A stretch of DNA of 64,000 nucleotides from positions 1,817,339-1,881,338 of the forward strand of contig MU061538.1 in the NCBI GenBank assembly GCA_013265495.1, in the 5' to 3' direction. How positions within the stretch are numbered: position 1 is the first letter of the stretch; every line of letters starts with the position of its first letter. This document shows, in pieces, positions 62,700-64,000 of the stretch. The notes beneath the pieces are model-generated. The model was not told the origin of the DNA and searched no databases. It worked only from the letters and a program-made list of their open reading frames with translations. The stretch comes from Vicugna vicugna (Eukaryota). A program made the translations under genes and the position numbers.

Positions 62700-64000
62700 A
62701 CAAACACTAGGGCAATTCAAACATAAGAATAGTAACTATAATGGATAGTATAAAAAACACATGCAGTACTTAAATCTATGAATTCAGAATGATTCAAAAA
62801 AAAAACTCACCTCTGGAGGATGTTAAGGAAATGACCCACTATTTTGAAAACTGGTAAATAAAAGTAAAAGAATGAAGCACTTATGCTGTACCTCAGAGGA
62901 ACCAAGAAGTTTACAGAAGGATCACAGCTAACAAGGCAAGACAGAATCAGGATGTCACCACTCGGACCATCTAATGGCTAACATCACAAAAAGTCAACGA
63001 GACCCTGTGCAGCTCCCGGTGGGGGAACATACCACCAACTAAGACACTGCCGAGCCCCTATTCCTGCCCAAATTCAAACCTGAATCTAATCAACCTCTAG
63101 CTCTAACTATTAATTTACAGAAAATGTAAGAGGAACATACTAAACACACTCCAGGAGATGCCATCAGCAAAAGCAGAAATTCTACAAGATAAACCCCTTG
63201 TTTCTTCAACAAAAATTTCAGAGAACTAATAAAAACTGTGGGGAGAACATATAGATGAAATGATACTTAAAAAATATATCAATCAATTATGTGTAGCTTT
63301 TACCCAGACTCCAGTGCAAACTACAAAAGAGCACACAGACACATACCCACACTGTATGTGTGTGTGGGTATGTTTGTAATATACATACAAGACAATAAGG
63401 GAAATGTGAACATTAACGAGACATTCATATTAAGGGACTTTTTAAGATATAACTCTTATGGCTATATTTGTAAATCCTTTATTTTTTAGAGAGATACAAT
63501 CTGAAACATTTTCCGATGAAATACGCCTGGGATTTGAAGAGGGCTGCAGAGGTTACAGGTAATACAAGACTGGCTACACACTGACACTGCTGACGATGAA
63601 GGATGGCACATTACCTGCACTGTACTATTTTACTTTCACATACGCTTGAAATTCTCAATAAACTAAAAAAATCAATCAATTGAATCAATTTCAGGCGGAT
63701 TATGTGCCTAACTTTCATAGGAACATAGAGGACACACCAGAATACAGGCAGGGAAGAACTTCTTAAGGACAAGCAGAAAGCAGCCTGGCTGACATCACAT
63801 GTCTCCTGAAGTGATGCCCTCAGGAAGGCCACAGCATCACCAGGAGCACTCCTAACCAAATGCATAATAACTTGACCCCAGTCCTGAGGAGACACTACCA
63901 AGACTGAGGGTTGGTCTACAAAACAAATGAGGTGTACGCTTCAAAAATGTCGAAGTCATAAAAGACAAAGGCTGCTGAATTCTTCCAGGTGAAAAAACCA
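62700..64000 (+). mobile_element. Old L1 (L1MC/MD-like) 3'UTR fragments
   Basis: tcaaacctgaatctaatcaa..ctctag; ttttttagagagatacaatctgaaacattt; cttcaaaaatgtcgaagtcataaaagacaaagg. Boundaries approximate. Confidence 0.6.

Noticed and set aside
1..64000. CRISPR array, operon, prophage or other prokaryotic system
   Set aside because: The window is a spliced mammalian gene with mammalian repeats. There are no regularly spaced direct repeats with spacers and no long intact non-host ORF.

Overview
Mammalian genomic DNA, most likely camelid (several tRNA-derived Vic-1-type SINEs). The whole window lies inside the RBM33 gene, transcribed on the minus strand. Twelve exons matching human coding exons 3-14 (numbering recalled) can be delimited by GT-AG junctions and join in one reading frame. 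There is also an in-frame 117-nt cassette exon (52586-52702), and exons 8 and 11 have in-frame alternative acceptors. Exons 1-2 and the 3' exons encoding the RRM lie outside the window. Introns carry ordinary mammalian repeats (L1, L2, MIR, MLT1, MER5, MER58, ERVL-type LTR, Vic-1); family names come from recalled consensus sequences and boundaries are approximate. I see no evidence of a new gene system. The most interesting unexplained signals concern RNA processing: a dense sense-strand cluster of 5' splice sites in intron 9 with a decoy-exon layout, a CAG|GTAAGT recursive-site or microexon candidate, candidate poison exons, and a candidate intronic polyadenylation isoform after exon 6. All of these are inferences that need RNA data.
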